Shown here one piece after another: positions 17,601-26,169 of a stretch of 64,000 bases of DNA. The translations under genes were made by a program, and so were the position numbers. Position 1 is the stretch's first letter. Every line of letters begins with the position of its first letter. Under the pieces are notes generated by a model that made no database searches, was not told where the DNA came from, and worked only from the letters and a program-made list of their open reading frames with translations. Where the stretch lies: NCBI GenBank assembly GCA_965204745.1, contig OZ242010.1, positions 4,832,001 through 4,896,000 on the forward strand, read 5' to 3'. The stretch is from Candidatus Latescibacterota bacterium. Its GTDB lineage: Bacteria > Latescibacterota > UBA2968.

Positions 17601-20600
17601 TGACGAGGTGTAATCCACTTTCGCGGGAGCCAGTTGCAGAGCAAGCCGTGACCGCGCCCCGGTTGTACCCGATGAGGCTACCCACATTTGAACGACCGAT
17701 GATTCTGGCCATGGTCAAATTCACAGAGTCGATGCGTGCCTCTGAACGGGTTTTGCCGAACAACCCAACCTCAGATTCCCTGGGGCGATTGATAAACAAG
17801 TAGGAGATCGTGCGGTTGTTGCCCTCAAAAGTAGCTGCAAAGTCTGGGATGGGTACCCAGCCATCTCCATCATTATATGTGTCGAAGATTCTGAAGAGTA
17901 AATTATCTCGTAAATCAGCCTCCAAGAAAAAAAAGCCATATGTTTCAATATCCAAAATGTCTATTGCCTGTTCGGAGCCCAGGCTAAATTGGTTGGGGAA
18001 TACCCGGCGATAGAAAGCTGCTTGTGTACGAACCAAGTCATACAAGGGAAGGTCTATGAAGGATTTCTGGGCGTCTAAATCGGAGATCCACCCATCGCCG
18101 CTCCGGTCAAAACTCAGATCGGCAGCCAGTTCATAGCCCTTGCAACCGGTGGCGGGACAACCCATCTTGGGCACCGAATAGGGGAAGGCAAGAAAGTAAG
18201 CATCGTTGTGGGTTACTGTTTTGCCCGAAGCCCACTCCGATAGCCTTAAAGGAGCGAGGTCTATTAGGCCGTCGCCATCGCCATCGAGACGCATAACACT
18301 CAATTGCGCCACATCTTTAATCTCGATGAGGCCGTCGTCATCGGTGTCGTAGTCAATGGGTTGAACAAAAAACTGCCTGGTGGTGAGCAAGCCCCCAAAT
18401 TGCAAAACGGGATACTGGTCAGTCGTGCCGAAATTCCACGGATCGTCATCGTTGGTGCCCGAAGCATCGAGGGTCAGGTTGTCCCAGTCGCTGTAGATGC
18501 CGGTCGCAGTCGTCACGTTTCGCAGTTGTGCGATGGTCCGTCCAGTGCCGCCGGCACTGGAGGCCCGACCGCTGGTTTCCGTATCCCAATAGGACGCGGT
18601 GACCGTGCCCGAATTGCTCCCGATCAGACCGCCAATTTCGGTAGGGTTGCCAACAATATTGACTAAAGTACCGAGAGCGCCGGAGCCGCTACGGACAGGG
18701 TGGCCGCCGCTGGGTTGGTTGCCGCCGCCGGGGACTATCTTGAAAAAAGAGAAGAAATTGATTGAATAGGACGCGGTGACCGTGCCCGAATTGCTCCCGA
18801 TCAGACCGCCAATTTTGCTACTTGCTGTGCTACTTGATGTGCCAGAGTCTATAATTCTGACAACGCCCCCGTAGCCACCCGAGTAGGACGCGGTGACCGT
18901 GCCCGAATTGCTCCCGATCAGACCGCCAATGCCTTCAGAGTTACGACCCACAACACTAGTGCGCGCATAGGAAACGGCGACTGTGTCCGCATTGTTCCCG
19001 ATCAGACCGCCAACGGCGTCGCCGTTGGCCTCGATACTACCGCTCACACTACAAGCGGATATCGTGCCATTGTTGCTCCCGACCAGACCACCGACATTGT
19101 TCCGGCCTTTAACTCTAGCGGTCAGGTTCAAAGAATCGATGCGTGCAGTGTTGCCGACAGCACCGAACAAACCGACATTGTCGGTCTTCCCGCGGTCGAT
19201 AAACAAGGCAAAAATATAATTGTTGTTGCCGTTGAAAATGGCAGTGAAGCTGTCGGTACCCGTACCGATGGGTTCCCAGCCAGCACCGCCGTTCCAGTAA
19301 TCGCTGTCTGCACTGGTGATTCTGTTATCGCTGTCCTCGTCAAAGTTCAAACTTACCAAGTGGGCAGCTTCTTCTTCCGTGTACGTTCCCATTTGGGAGG
19401 GAGGAGAGGGCCGAGGACGGGATCCCAACTCGTAGCCCGTGCAACCGGTGGCGGGACAACCCATGCTGCCCGAGCCCGCGTAGGGAAAGGCTTCTCTGTA
19501 CTTCATGGTATCGCTATCCGCCACTGTGCCATCGCCATTCAAATCCCAACGGATGGCATTCAACTGCGCCAGAGATTTAATCTCGATAAGACCGTCGTCA
19601 TCGGCATCGTAGTCGCTACGATTTTCGGCAGAGACCGTATAGGTCAGCGTGGTCGTTCCCGTAGCGGGGGTCACCGCGATGCTGATGCTGACTGGCGGTG
19701 AGGACACGTCGACTTGGTGACCGGCGGCCGCGTCGGCATCGGCCGGCAGGATGGCGACAGAGGCCCCCGAGTTGCTGGGGGTCGCGGCCACGGTGATCTC
19801 CGTCGTGCCTGGTGCTATCCCAAAGTCGTAGGAGGTTCGGGTGAATGAGAATGTAGGAATCAGGACGCCGGGCGAGAGGGTCAGCGCGCTGAGGGTCGGA
19901 TCGGTAGACGACGTCTGCGCCACCGCGACGACAGTATAAGTCAGCGTGGGCGTTCCCGCAGAGGGGGTCACCGCGATGCTGATGGTGTCTGGCGGAGAGG
20001 ACACGTCGACTTGGTAACCGGCGGCCATCGGGTCGGCATCGGCCGGCGTGATGGCTGAAGAGGACATAAAGCTGCTGGCCCAGCTCAGGCGGATCTCCGT
20101 CGCGCCGGGTTCTATGACAAATTCGTAGGAGGTTTGGGAGAATGAGAATGAAGGAAGCAGGAAGCCGGGCGAGAGGGTCAGCGCGCTGAGGGTCGGATCG
20201 GTAGACGGAGACGACCTCTGCGCCACCACGCCGACAGTATAAGTCAGCGTGGTCGTTCCCGTAGCGGGGGTCACCACGACGCTGATGCTGACTGGCAGGG
20301 AGGACACGTCGACTTGGTGACCGTCGGCCATCGCGTCGGCATCGGCCGGCGTGATGGCGACAGTGGCCCCCGAGTTGTTGGGGGTCGCGGCCACGGTGAT
20401 CTCCGTCGCGTCGGGTGCTACTATAAATTCATAGGAGGTTTGGGTGGATGCGAATGTAGGAAGCAGGATGCCGGACGAGAGGGTCAGCGCGCTGAGGGTC
20501 GTATCGGTAGGAGAAGGCGTCATCTGCGCCGTAGCAGGGGCGACCAGCAAGGGCATAAGCAACACGGCGATCCATGTTGGAAGGGACAGCAAACGGGGAT

Positions 20601-20799
20601 AATGGGAGGTCATTTTGGCCTCCCCATGGTAGGGGGGGGGGGGGGGGGGGTACACTGTACTGATCAGCCTAACAGACTGTTTCGCAATAAAATAGAAGCA
20701 CGCCTGAAAACGAGAATGGGAGACCTGAACTCCCGTTTTCGCAGGAGAACAGGAGCTTCCAAACAGGTTCGAACAACTTCGAAAAACAGCAGTCAACAT
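14671..20799 (-). CDS. Giant surface protein: 3 cadherin-like beta-sandwiches, GLUG-repeat regions, 2 FN3, PES/PEQ linker, 4 He_PIG, dockerin-like C-terminus
   Basis: Repeats TLSALTLS.G.L.P.F; VGGLIG.N.GT (GLUG-like); SGYKVQWKSG..SY (FN3); LTLP.ATGG.G.LTY.L...LPEGLTFD (He_PIG); DFDGDGVVNFADFLTF. ATG 20799 has a GGAGGT SD; second ATG 20613 (GGGGAGG SD) starts a Sec signal peptide. Confidence 0.9.
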   Translation of the reverse strand: MLTAVFRSCSNLFGSSCSPAKTGVQVSHSRFQACFYFIAKQSVRLISTVYPPPPPPYHGEAKMTSHYPRLLSLPTWIAVLLMPLLVAPATAQMTPSPTDTTLSALTLSSGILLPTFASTQTSYEFIVAPDATEITVAATPNNSGATVAITPADADAMADGHQVDVSSLPVSISVVVTPATGTTTLTYTVGVVAQRSSPSTDPTLSALTLSPGFLLPSFSFSQTSYEFVIEPGATEIRLSWASSFMSSSAITPADADPMAAGYQVDVSSPPDTISIAVTPSAGTPTLTYTVVAVAQTSSTDPTLSALTLSPGVLIPTFSFTRTSYDFGIAPGTTEITVAATPSNSGASVAILPADADAAAGHQVDVSSPPVSISIAVTPATGTTTLTYTVSAENRSDYDADDDGLIEIKSLAQLNAIRWDLNGDGTVADSDTMKYREAFPYAGSGSMGCPATGCTGYELGSRPRPSPPSQMGTYTEEEAAHLVSLNFDEDSDNRITSADSDYWNGGAGWEPIGTGTDSFTAIFNGNNNYIFALFIDRGKTDNVGLFGAVGNTARIDSLNLTARVKGRNNVGGLVGSNNGTISACSVSGSIEANGDAVGGLIGNNADTVAVSYARTSVVGRNSEGIGGLIGSNSGTVTASYSGGYGGVVRIIDSGTSSSTASSKIGGLIGSNSGTVTASYSINFFSFFKIVPGGGNQPSGGHPVRSGSGALGTLVNIVGNPTEIGGLIGSNSGTVTASYWDTETSGRASSAGGTGRTIAQLRNVTTATGIYSDWDNLTLDASGTNDDDPWNFGTTDQYPVLQFGGLLTTRQFFVQPIDYDTDDDGLIEIKDVAQLSVMRLDGDGDGLIDLAPLRLSEWASGKTVTHNDAYFLAFPYSVPKMGCPATGCKGYELAADLSFDRSGDGWISDLDAQKSFIDLPLYDLVRTQAAFYRRVFPNQFSLGSEQAIDILDIETYGFFFLEADLRDNLLFRIFDTYNDGDGWVPIPDFAATFEGNNRTISYLFINRPRESEVGLFGKTRSEARIDSVNLTMARIIGRSNVGSLIGYNRGAVTACSATGSRESGLHLVNGFQNIGGLIGQNDGGTVTDSYATGEIKGTEILGNGGSGVGGLIGYSDQGKITNSHAGGLVIGDFETNYIGGLVGRAVGEDTLTACYATNNITMSNPATTGTGSFTGGLVGQMSNGAVIASYATGNIQSVGDYVGGLIGANEGFYGEGSGSVIASYATGLVYGIGNDVGGLIGLNDGGTVTASYATGLVAVPSDTFTVQHNRKVGYDALIVSGQDTVESGGLLVYSGKRVGGLIGDQYGTVNHSYWDTDFSSMPDDADNDAPEGKTTTELTTPTTYTGIYSTWNMNLDGTTGNDNPWSFGSNKQYPVLRYSRTQEEINAQFNAQLWRFRVRNVVVAPRASELRVSWDTHSDASGYKVQWKSGTESYDTSLRQATVGTGTSYTIPNLTNGTPYTVRVIAIITNTADGSPSQEVIGTPSSQVQGVEVTPGPASLTVSWTVLSGASGYKVQWKSGTESYDSNTRQTTVSAGTSYTIPNLTNGTPYTVRVIATTNSGDGTPSREVTGTPTEAPPRPESPESPESPESPESPESPESPESPEQPEQPEQPDPDTEPTFTEAVDPQSYRQDHEIAPLTLPSATGGNGTVTYSLTGLPEGLTFDAETLTVSGTPTETIEKTIYTLTATDEDDDEASLSFFLTVNANLMPSFGDASVAHLAYMRKQEIEVVTLPQATGGDGSLTYALTPDLPEGLTFDAETLTVSGTPTEAIEEMGYTLTATDSDGDEDTLTFTIEVMPGLIPTFGDTTVTAQVYVKHREIDPLTLPQATGGDGSLTYALTPDLPEGLTFDAETLTVSGTPIKAMDEMTYTLTATDSNGDEVPLMFTLEVPNLIPTFGDTTVTAQVYAKHREIAPLTLPAATNGDGMLVYILLPFLPDGLSFDLDTRTISGTPLEEMAKTTYTLSALDVDGDLDSLTFTIDIQPPSSDFDGDGVVNFADFLTFASKFGSRRGQERYDALYDLNGDGEIGFADFLIFTASFGSSG
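15965..16068 (-). repeat. 9-bp coding tandem repeat encoding (PES)x8(PEQ)x3
   Basis: TCGGGTGAT and TCGGGTTGC units on the + strand. Confidence 0.95.
20632..20650 (-). repeat. C19 homopolymer (G19 on + strand) in the translated leader of the giant surface gene; candidate phase-variation tract
   Basis: 19 G counted; encodes Y-PPPPPP-Y in frame. Confidence 0.85.
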
Positions 20800-20864
20800 G
20801 TGACACCTCCCGAAAATGAGCTGAGTTGTACAGGCCGGTGTTTTTACCGGCGCGATCAAACCTA

Positions 20865-20893
20865 ATCATAAAACCTTATGCAATGTTTGTCAA
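20865..20893 (-). promoter_or_regulatory. sigma70-type promoter TTGACA-N17-TATGAT
   Basis: Minus strand reads TTGACA aacattgcataaggttt TATGAT, about 65 nt upstream of ATG 20799. Confidence 0.75.
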
Positions 20894-20896
20894 TCA

Positions 20897-21991
20897 TTAT
20901 CTTAACTCATATCGCCATTTTTCCAGCGGGTGCGCGCGATCGGGCAACGGGAACACAGCGCGTTGTCCGGAAATTTGGGATGCGTACGCGCCGTGAATCA
21001 TCTCGAGTGCCCAACGCGCATCTCGCGCACTGGAAATGGGTGCGCGGTCTCGTTCTATGGCGTCGATGAGATCGATGAGGGCGCGATAATTGCCCGTGTC
21101 CTGCAAGTGATCATCCAACAGCCCGAGCGCGTGCCACGCATGCCCGCCATCCCACGGCGCCCACAAGCCATCCTCGTAAATCGAAATCGCATCTGCGCCG
21201 CCGCTGAGGGCAATCCGCCCGGCTTCGCCGACCAGCACCAAGCCATAGCCCTGCCCATTGCCCGCCTGATCTGCCCGCGACACAAAGGACGCATCCACGC
21301 CATTGCCAAACGCAAACAGGCTGACGACGCCATCGCCCGCAATCGGGCCAATCGGCTCTGTGGCCTCGCGCACATCATCCGGGGCCATCTCGCGGTCTCC
21401 CACGGTCACGCGCGCGCTCATCCACACGGGGTCGCCGGCAAAAAAGCGCATCATGTTAAACAAGTGCGTGCCCAACACCATCATGTCTTCGCCGCCGCCC
21501 CGGTGATCCTGTTTGCCGTAGCCGTGCATGGACACCAGTTTGCCAATCCGGTTTTCGCGCAACAAATCGCGCACCTGATGCACCTGTCTGAGGTACACTC
21601 CTTGATGCGCCACGGCGATCTTGCAACCGCGCTGTTCTGCGGCGGTCACAATGCGATCCGCAGACGCCAAGTCCATTGCAAGCGGTTTTTCCGCATAGAT
21701 GTGGCAACCGGCTTCGATGCACGCGAGCAACATGGCTTCGTGACAATCGACCCACCGCGGACAAACGCTGACGATATCGAGCGACTCGTTTGCCAGCATG
21801 TCTCGATAATCCGCATAACCCCGCTGTGCCCCCGCATCTGCCATGGCCTTGGCGCGCCCGGCCGCATCCGGATCGGCCACGGCGATCATATCCACGCAAT
21901 CAATTCTTTGATAGGGCAAATGCAGTCCATGCCCAAAATTGCCCTGCCCGGTCCGCCCAATCGCCCCTGCGCGATAGCGTTTTGTCGTCAT
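20897..21991 (-). CDS. Gfo/Idh/MocA family oxidoreductase
   Basis: AIGRTGQGNFGHGLH, HIYAEKPL, GGGEDMMVLGTH; AAAGGAGG SD. Confidence 0.92.
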   Translation of the reverse strand: MTTKRYRAGAIGRTGQGNFGHGLHLPYQRIDCVDMIAVADPDAAGRAKAMADAGAQRGYADYRDMLANESLDIVSVCPRWVDCHEAMLLACIEAGCHIYAEKPLAMDLASADRIVTAAEQRGCKIAVAHQGVYLRQVHQVRDLLRENRIGKLVSMHGYGKQDHRGGGEDMMVLGTHLFNMMRFFAGDPVWMSARVTVGDREMAPDDVREATEPIGPIAGDGVVSLFAFGNGVDASFVSRADQAGNGQGYGLVLVGEAGRIALSGGADAISIYEDGLWAPWDGGHAWHALGLLDDHLQDTGNYRALIDLIDAIERDRAPISSARDARWALEMIHGAYASQISGQRAVFPLPDRAHPLEKWRYELR

Positions 21992-22147
21992 GATTCCTCC
22001 TTTTGTACCCCGCTCATGTCGGCTATCCGACAATGCGAATTAAGAGTAGAAAGCGAGTAGGAAGCAAGCCGAGACCAATCGCCCAAAGACATGGACGAGT
22101 CATCCGGCGCCTCTCCGCAACGATAGATGTTCTTCCCCTTCCTCGTA

Positions 22148-22335
22148 GGACCTATCCCCCCGGCCCCCTTTCCTACAAGGAAAGGGGGAGCGCATGGCTT
22201 TTTGAAGGTTTGTCTCCCTAGCTGTTCTGATGGCTTTGAGCGAATAGATCACGCCCTGGAAACCCAAACCCCTCGCACAACCTCTCACCATTCCCCCCTT
22301 CCTCGCAGGAAGGGGCCCCCAGAGGGGTAGGTCCC
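22148..22335. mobile_element. MITE-like palindromic element, copy 1
   Basis: Ends GGACCTATCCCCCCGGCCCCCTTTCCTAC.AGGAAAGGGGG and CCCCCCTTCCTCGCAGGAAGGGG...GGGGTAGGTCC form imperfect terminal inverted repeats, each an internal hairpin; homologous copy at 24361. Confidence 0.65.
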
Positions 22336-22382
22336 AATAAATGGATTCAACGCTTTATTCGCATCGACAACCGCGCTTCACA

Positions 22383-23423
22383 CTACGGCAAAAATACGAC
22401 GCCCAGCGCGGCATTGGGGTTTTGGATCAGAGCCTCGCACGCCTCGGGCGCGTCTTCGAGCGCGACGCGGTGCGTGATGAGGGGCGACACTTGCATGTGC
22501 CCTGCCCCCATGAAGCGCAGGCACTCCTCCAGGTTGCGGCGCGTCGTCCACTGCATAAAAACCGGCGGATAATCCGCGCCGTGTTCCCATGCCTCGTCGT
22601 GATAGCCCGGCCCTGTGCGTGCCGCACTTCGCACGTCCAAATTGCCCAGCGCGGCGGCAAACCCGTGTTCGATTCGGGCGCCGCCCACAATGACGATGCG
22701 CCCCATCAAGTGCGTGTCTGGGGCTTTCTTCATCATCTCGCTCAATGTGACAAAGGCCGGCGTGCCATCGCCGCCAAACGCGATCACCCCGCCATCGATG
22801 CCATAGCCGCGCGTGAATGCCCGCGACACAGGCACCGGGTCGTCCTCTGCGATATCGATCCCGCAGTGCAAGCCGCACGCCCCTGCGACCTCCAACCGCA
22901 TGGGCAGTCGATCCAGCCCCATCACATGGCAACCCGACAAGCGCGCCCACTGGCAGGTAAATTGTCCCACGAGCCCGAGGCCCGCCACGGCGATGTGTTC
23001 GCCCAAATGAAATTCACCGCGCCGCACGGCGTTCAAAGCCGTCGCGACCAGATGGATAGACGCGGCATCCTCGTCGCTGACGCCATCCGGAATCGGCACC
23101 GCCATATTGCGCGGCACACAGGCGTGCGTGGCGTGTTGGGCATAGCCACCGCCCATACAGGCCACGCGCGTGCCGATGGGAATGTCCTCGCACCCCGCGC
23201 CTTGGGCGATCACCACGCCGGCATTGGAATACCCAAAGGGCCGGGGCGCCGCATCAGATGGATTCTCGCGCCTTCGCCCAACCCCGCCCAGTTCCGTGCC
23301 CGGGCTGACCATACTCGCCCGGACCTCGATTTGCACTTGCCCGGGTTTGGGGGCCGCCATCGGTTCTTCGATCACCGAGATATTGCCCCGTCCATCTATC
23401 GCTGCCACTTTTCGCATTGCCAT
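22383..23423 (-). CDS. Zinc-binding (MDR) alcohol dehydrogenase-like protein
   Basis: VSPGTELG, FGYSNAGVV, AVAGLGLVGQ, LITHRV; GAGGA SD. Confidence 0.88.
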   Translation of the reverse strand: MAMRKVAAIDGRGNISVIEEPMAAPKPGQVQIEVRASMVSPGTELGGVGRRRENPSDAAPRPFGYSNAGVVIAQGAGCEDIPIGTRVACMGGGYAQHATHACVPRNMAVPIPDGVSDEDAASIHLVATALNAVRRGEFHLGEHIAVAGLGLVGQFTCQWARLSGCHVMGLDRLPMRLEVAGACGLHCGIDIAEDDPVPVSRAFTRGYGIDGGVIAFGGDGTPAFVTLSEMMKKAPDTHLMGRIVIVGGARIEHGFAAALGNLDVRSAARTGPGYHDEAWEHGADYPPVFMQWTTRRNLEECLRFMGAGHMQVSPLITHRVALEDAPEACEALIQNPNAALGVVFLP

Positions 23424-23430
23424 AGTGTCC

Positions 23431-24221
23431 TCACAGTGCCACAATTTGCTTCATGCGCTTTGCCATCTCGATCTGCACGTCACGCCCGCCCCCTACCTCG
23501 TGAATCGCGTACCGGTCATAGCCGATAGCGCGCAGGCCCTTTATCACCTCGGCCCAATCCGTATCGCCCTCCATCAGCGGCACAAAATCGCGTTTTCGGC
23601 GAACAAAATCCTTAAAATGCACGCGCTTAATCCGCTGTTCAGCCCGCGAATCCAGTGTTCGGGATAGCCGTAAAACATCATGTTGGCCGTGTCGAGATAA
23701 ATCCCGACCCAATCACTGCCCACGGCATCGACAAACTCGCGGGCTTCTCGCGGGTTGAGCAAAAACTTGTTCCACACGTTCTCGATGCCCACCGCGACGC
23801 CCTTTTCCTCGGCATAGGGCGCGACCACTTTCATCGCGGTCAAAAAATCGTCCCATGCCTCTTCGTACGTCCCCTCGACCGGAAGTTGGCCCGGATGTAG
23901 CAAAACCGCATCGGTCTCGACCAAGTGGGCCACCTCAATGGCGCGGCGCAAACTCTTCATCCCCGCGTCTCGGTCTGCCTCGTCCCGGCTGAGAAAATTC
24001 CCCCGGTTGTCGTACCGCGCCAACGCGCTGCTGATTTCGATGCCCGCGTCATCGCACTGCTTTTTGACCCCGCGCACCTCGTCGTCGCTCATCTCCACAT
24101 TGGGATCGCCCTCTGGCGAAAAGACCAACTCCACCGCTTCGTACCCCGCGTCCCGGCACAGGGCGAGGGTCTCGTCCAGCGTGAGCTCGCCCAAGATAAT
24201 CTGCGTCACTCCAATTTTCAT
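23431..24221 (-). pseudogene. Sugar phosphate isomerase/epimerase (AP endonuclease 2 TIM barrel), apparent frameshift at about 23640
   Basis: Frame 1 (MKIG...IENVWNKFL...YLDTAN...YPEHWIRGL) continues in another frame as (E)QRIKRVHFKDF...GDTDW..V..L..IGY. Inserting one G (ctg gaa) restores it. Confidence 0.85.
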
Positions 24222-24360
24222 GCCTGCCTCCTCGTTCATTTTGCCTGCCAGCAAAAATAACCCGCTGTCCAAAAAATGCAAGCCCTTGTTCATCGCGCTT
24301 GACAAGGTGCTCCTTTTTTCGTTATCTCACTGACGTTACACAGGTGATACTAGGTTGTGC

Positions 24361-24686
24361 GGGACCTATCCCCCGGCCCCTTTCCTATGAGGAAAGGGGA
24401 GTAAAGTCCCTTTGATGGCTTAGAGCTATGGTTGCTCTGATGGCGTTGACCGAGGGCATAAAGCGATTAAAAATCCCCCATCAATACCCTCGCAGAACCG
24501 CTCACCATTCCCCCCTTCCTCGCAGGAAGGGGGGCCAGGGGGGTAGGTCCCGATAGGGCATAAAGCGACTAAAAATCCCTCATCAATACCCTCGCAGAAC
24601 CGCTCACCATTCCCCCCTTCCTCGCAGGCACAGGCGTAGCCTACAACGAAGCGAAGCGAGTAACGGGGGCCAGGGGGGTAGGTCCC
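24361..24686. mobile_element. MITE-like palindromic element, copy 2, with tandem partial duplication
   Basis: Full unit 24361-24551; 3' part (AGGGCATAAAGCGA...GGTAGGTCCC) is repeated at about 24555-24686 with a 33-bp insertion. Confidence 0.7.
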
Positions 24687-24839
24687 GAATGAAACGAGCC
24701 TCTCTTAGTTGACCCTTGAGACGTGACCGAGCGGGATTGAATCCACCGAGTAGCGAAAGGACAAGGGCGCGATGGATTCAACGCTTTATTCGCATTTTTA
24801 GGTTGTCCGTTTTCACCCCTCAACACAGGAGCGTGTGTT

Positions 24840-26147
24840 ATGATGTCTCGCATTTTGTTTGGTCTGATCGTCCTCGCCATGGGCTGTGGCCCTGCGGACT
24901 CTCCCATACCTGCAAAGCCCACGATCACAATTTGGTGGGCGCAGTGGGATCCAGCAGACGGACTTCAAGAATTGGGCGACGAGTTTGAGCGGGAAACCGG
25001 CATCGCCGTGAAAGTCCACCAGATCCCTTGGCCGTCTTATCAGGATCAGGTCTTCCTCAACTTCGGCAACAACCAAACGGACTTCGACATCGTGATCGGC
25101 GATAGCCAGTGGATTGGCCGCGGCGCGACCCGCGGCCTGTACGTCGATCTGACCGACTGGCTGCCCACGGCTGTTGACTTGGACAAAATCCACCCCCGCG
25201 CAGCGCGGTACTTGTGCGAATACCCGCCCGGCAGTGGCAAGTTTTACGCCGCGCCCTGCGAGACGGACGCGGTCGGCTTTGTGTACCGCAAGGACTGGTT
25301 TGAAGACCCGGCCGAAAAAGCCGCGTTCAAAGCGAAATACGGGCGCGACTTGGCCGTTCCGGACACATGGGATCAATTCCGCGACTTGGCCGAATTTTTT
25401 TATCGGCCCGATCAAAAGCAATACGGCTGCGCCCTGCTCACGGGCCGAGGGTATGATTCGATGACCATGGGCTTTCAGATGTTCATGTGGGGATTTGGCG
25501 GGTCGTGGGGCGAGTTCGGCGAGTTTGCGGTGGATGGTCATGTCAACAAGCCCGAAGTGGCGACTGCCCTCGCGTACTTCAAAAGCCTGCTGAAATTCGG
25601 CCCCAATGGCGCGACCAATTTCGACTACGGCAAGACCTTTGAAGCGTTTATCAACGGGTCAACCGCGATGAGCATGAACTACTTCGCGTTTTACCCCGGC
25701 ATCGTCAAACAGATGGGCGACAAGGCCGGGTTTTTCATGGTGCCCAAAGCCGGCGACAAGCGCGTGGTGAGCTTGGGCGGGCAGGGGTTCAGCATCTCCA
25801 CCAAAACCTCCGCAGACCAGCAGGAGCTGGCAAAAAAATTCATCGCGTGGTTTTTGCAAACCGATATTCAAAAAAAGTGGATCACCAAAGACGCGGGGTT
25901 CACCGCCAACACGGACATTCTCAACAGCGACGCGTTTCAAAACGCATCGCCGTATAACCGCGCCTTTGCCGAATCCCTCGACCACCTGCAAGACTTTTGG
26001 AACGCGCCCGTGTACAATGAACTGCTCGCGGTTTCGCAACGCTATTTGGGCGAAGCCATCGACGGCGTGACGCCCGATAGGGAAGCCCTTGACAAAATCG
26101 CCGCGGAACACGAGCAAATTTTCAAAGACGCGGGCTTGTCAAAATAA
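24840..26147 (+). CDS. Sugar ABC transporter substrate-binding lipoprotein (SBP family 1)
   Basis: Lipobox-like LAMGC; WAQWDPAD, YRKDWFEDP, VPDTWDQF, SLGGQG. Confidence 0.9.
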   Translation: MMSRILFGLIVLAMGCGPADSPIPAKPTITIWWAQWDPADGLQELGDEFERETGIAVKVHQIPWPSYQDQVFLNFGNNQTDFDIVIGDSQWIGRGATRGLYVDLTDWLPTAVDLDKIHPRAARYLCEYPPGSGKFYAAPCETDAVGFVYRKDWFEDPAEKAAFKAKYGRDLAVPDTWDQFRDLAEFFYRPDQKQYGCALLTGRGYDSMTMGFQMFMWGFGGSWGEFGEFAVDGHVNKPEVATALAYFKSLLKFGPNGATNFDYGKTFEAFINGSTAMSMNYFAFYPGIVKQMGDKAGFFMVPKAGDKRVVSLGGQGFSISTKTSADQQELAKKFIAWFLQTDIQKKWITKDAGFTANTDILNSDAFQNASPYNRAFAESLDHLQDFWNAPVYNELLAVSQRYLGEAIDGVTPDREALDKIAAEHEQIFKDAGLSK

Positions 26148-26169
26148 CCCATCACCACGAGGAAACCCA

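Noticed and set aside
20800-20859. ORF-track start at 20859 for the 2062-aa protein
   Set aside because: It lies at the predicted transcription start with no SD; ATG 20799 has GGAGGT.
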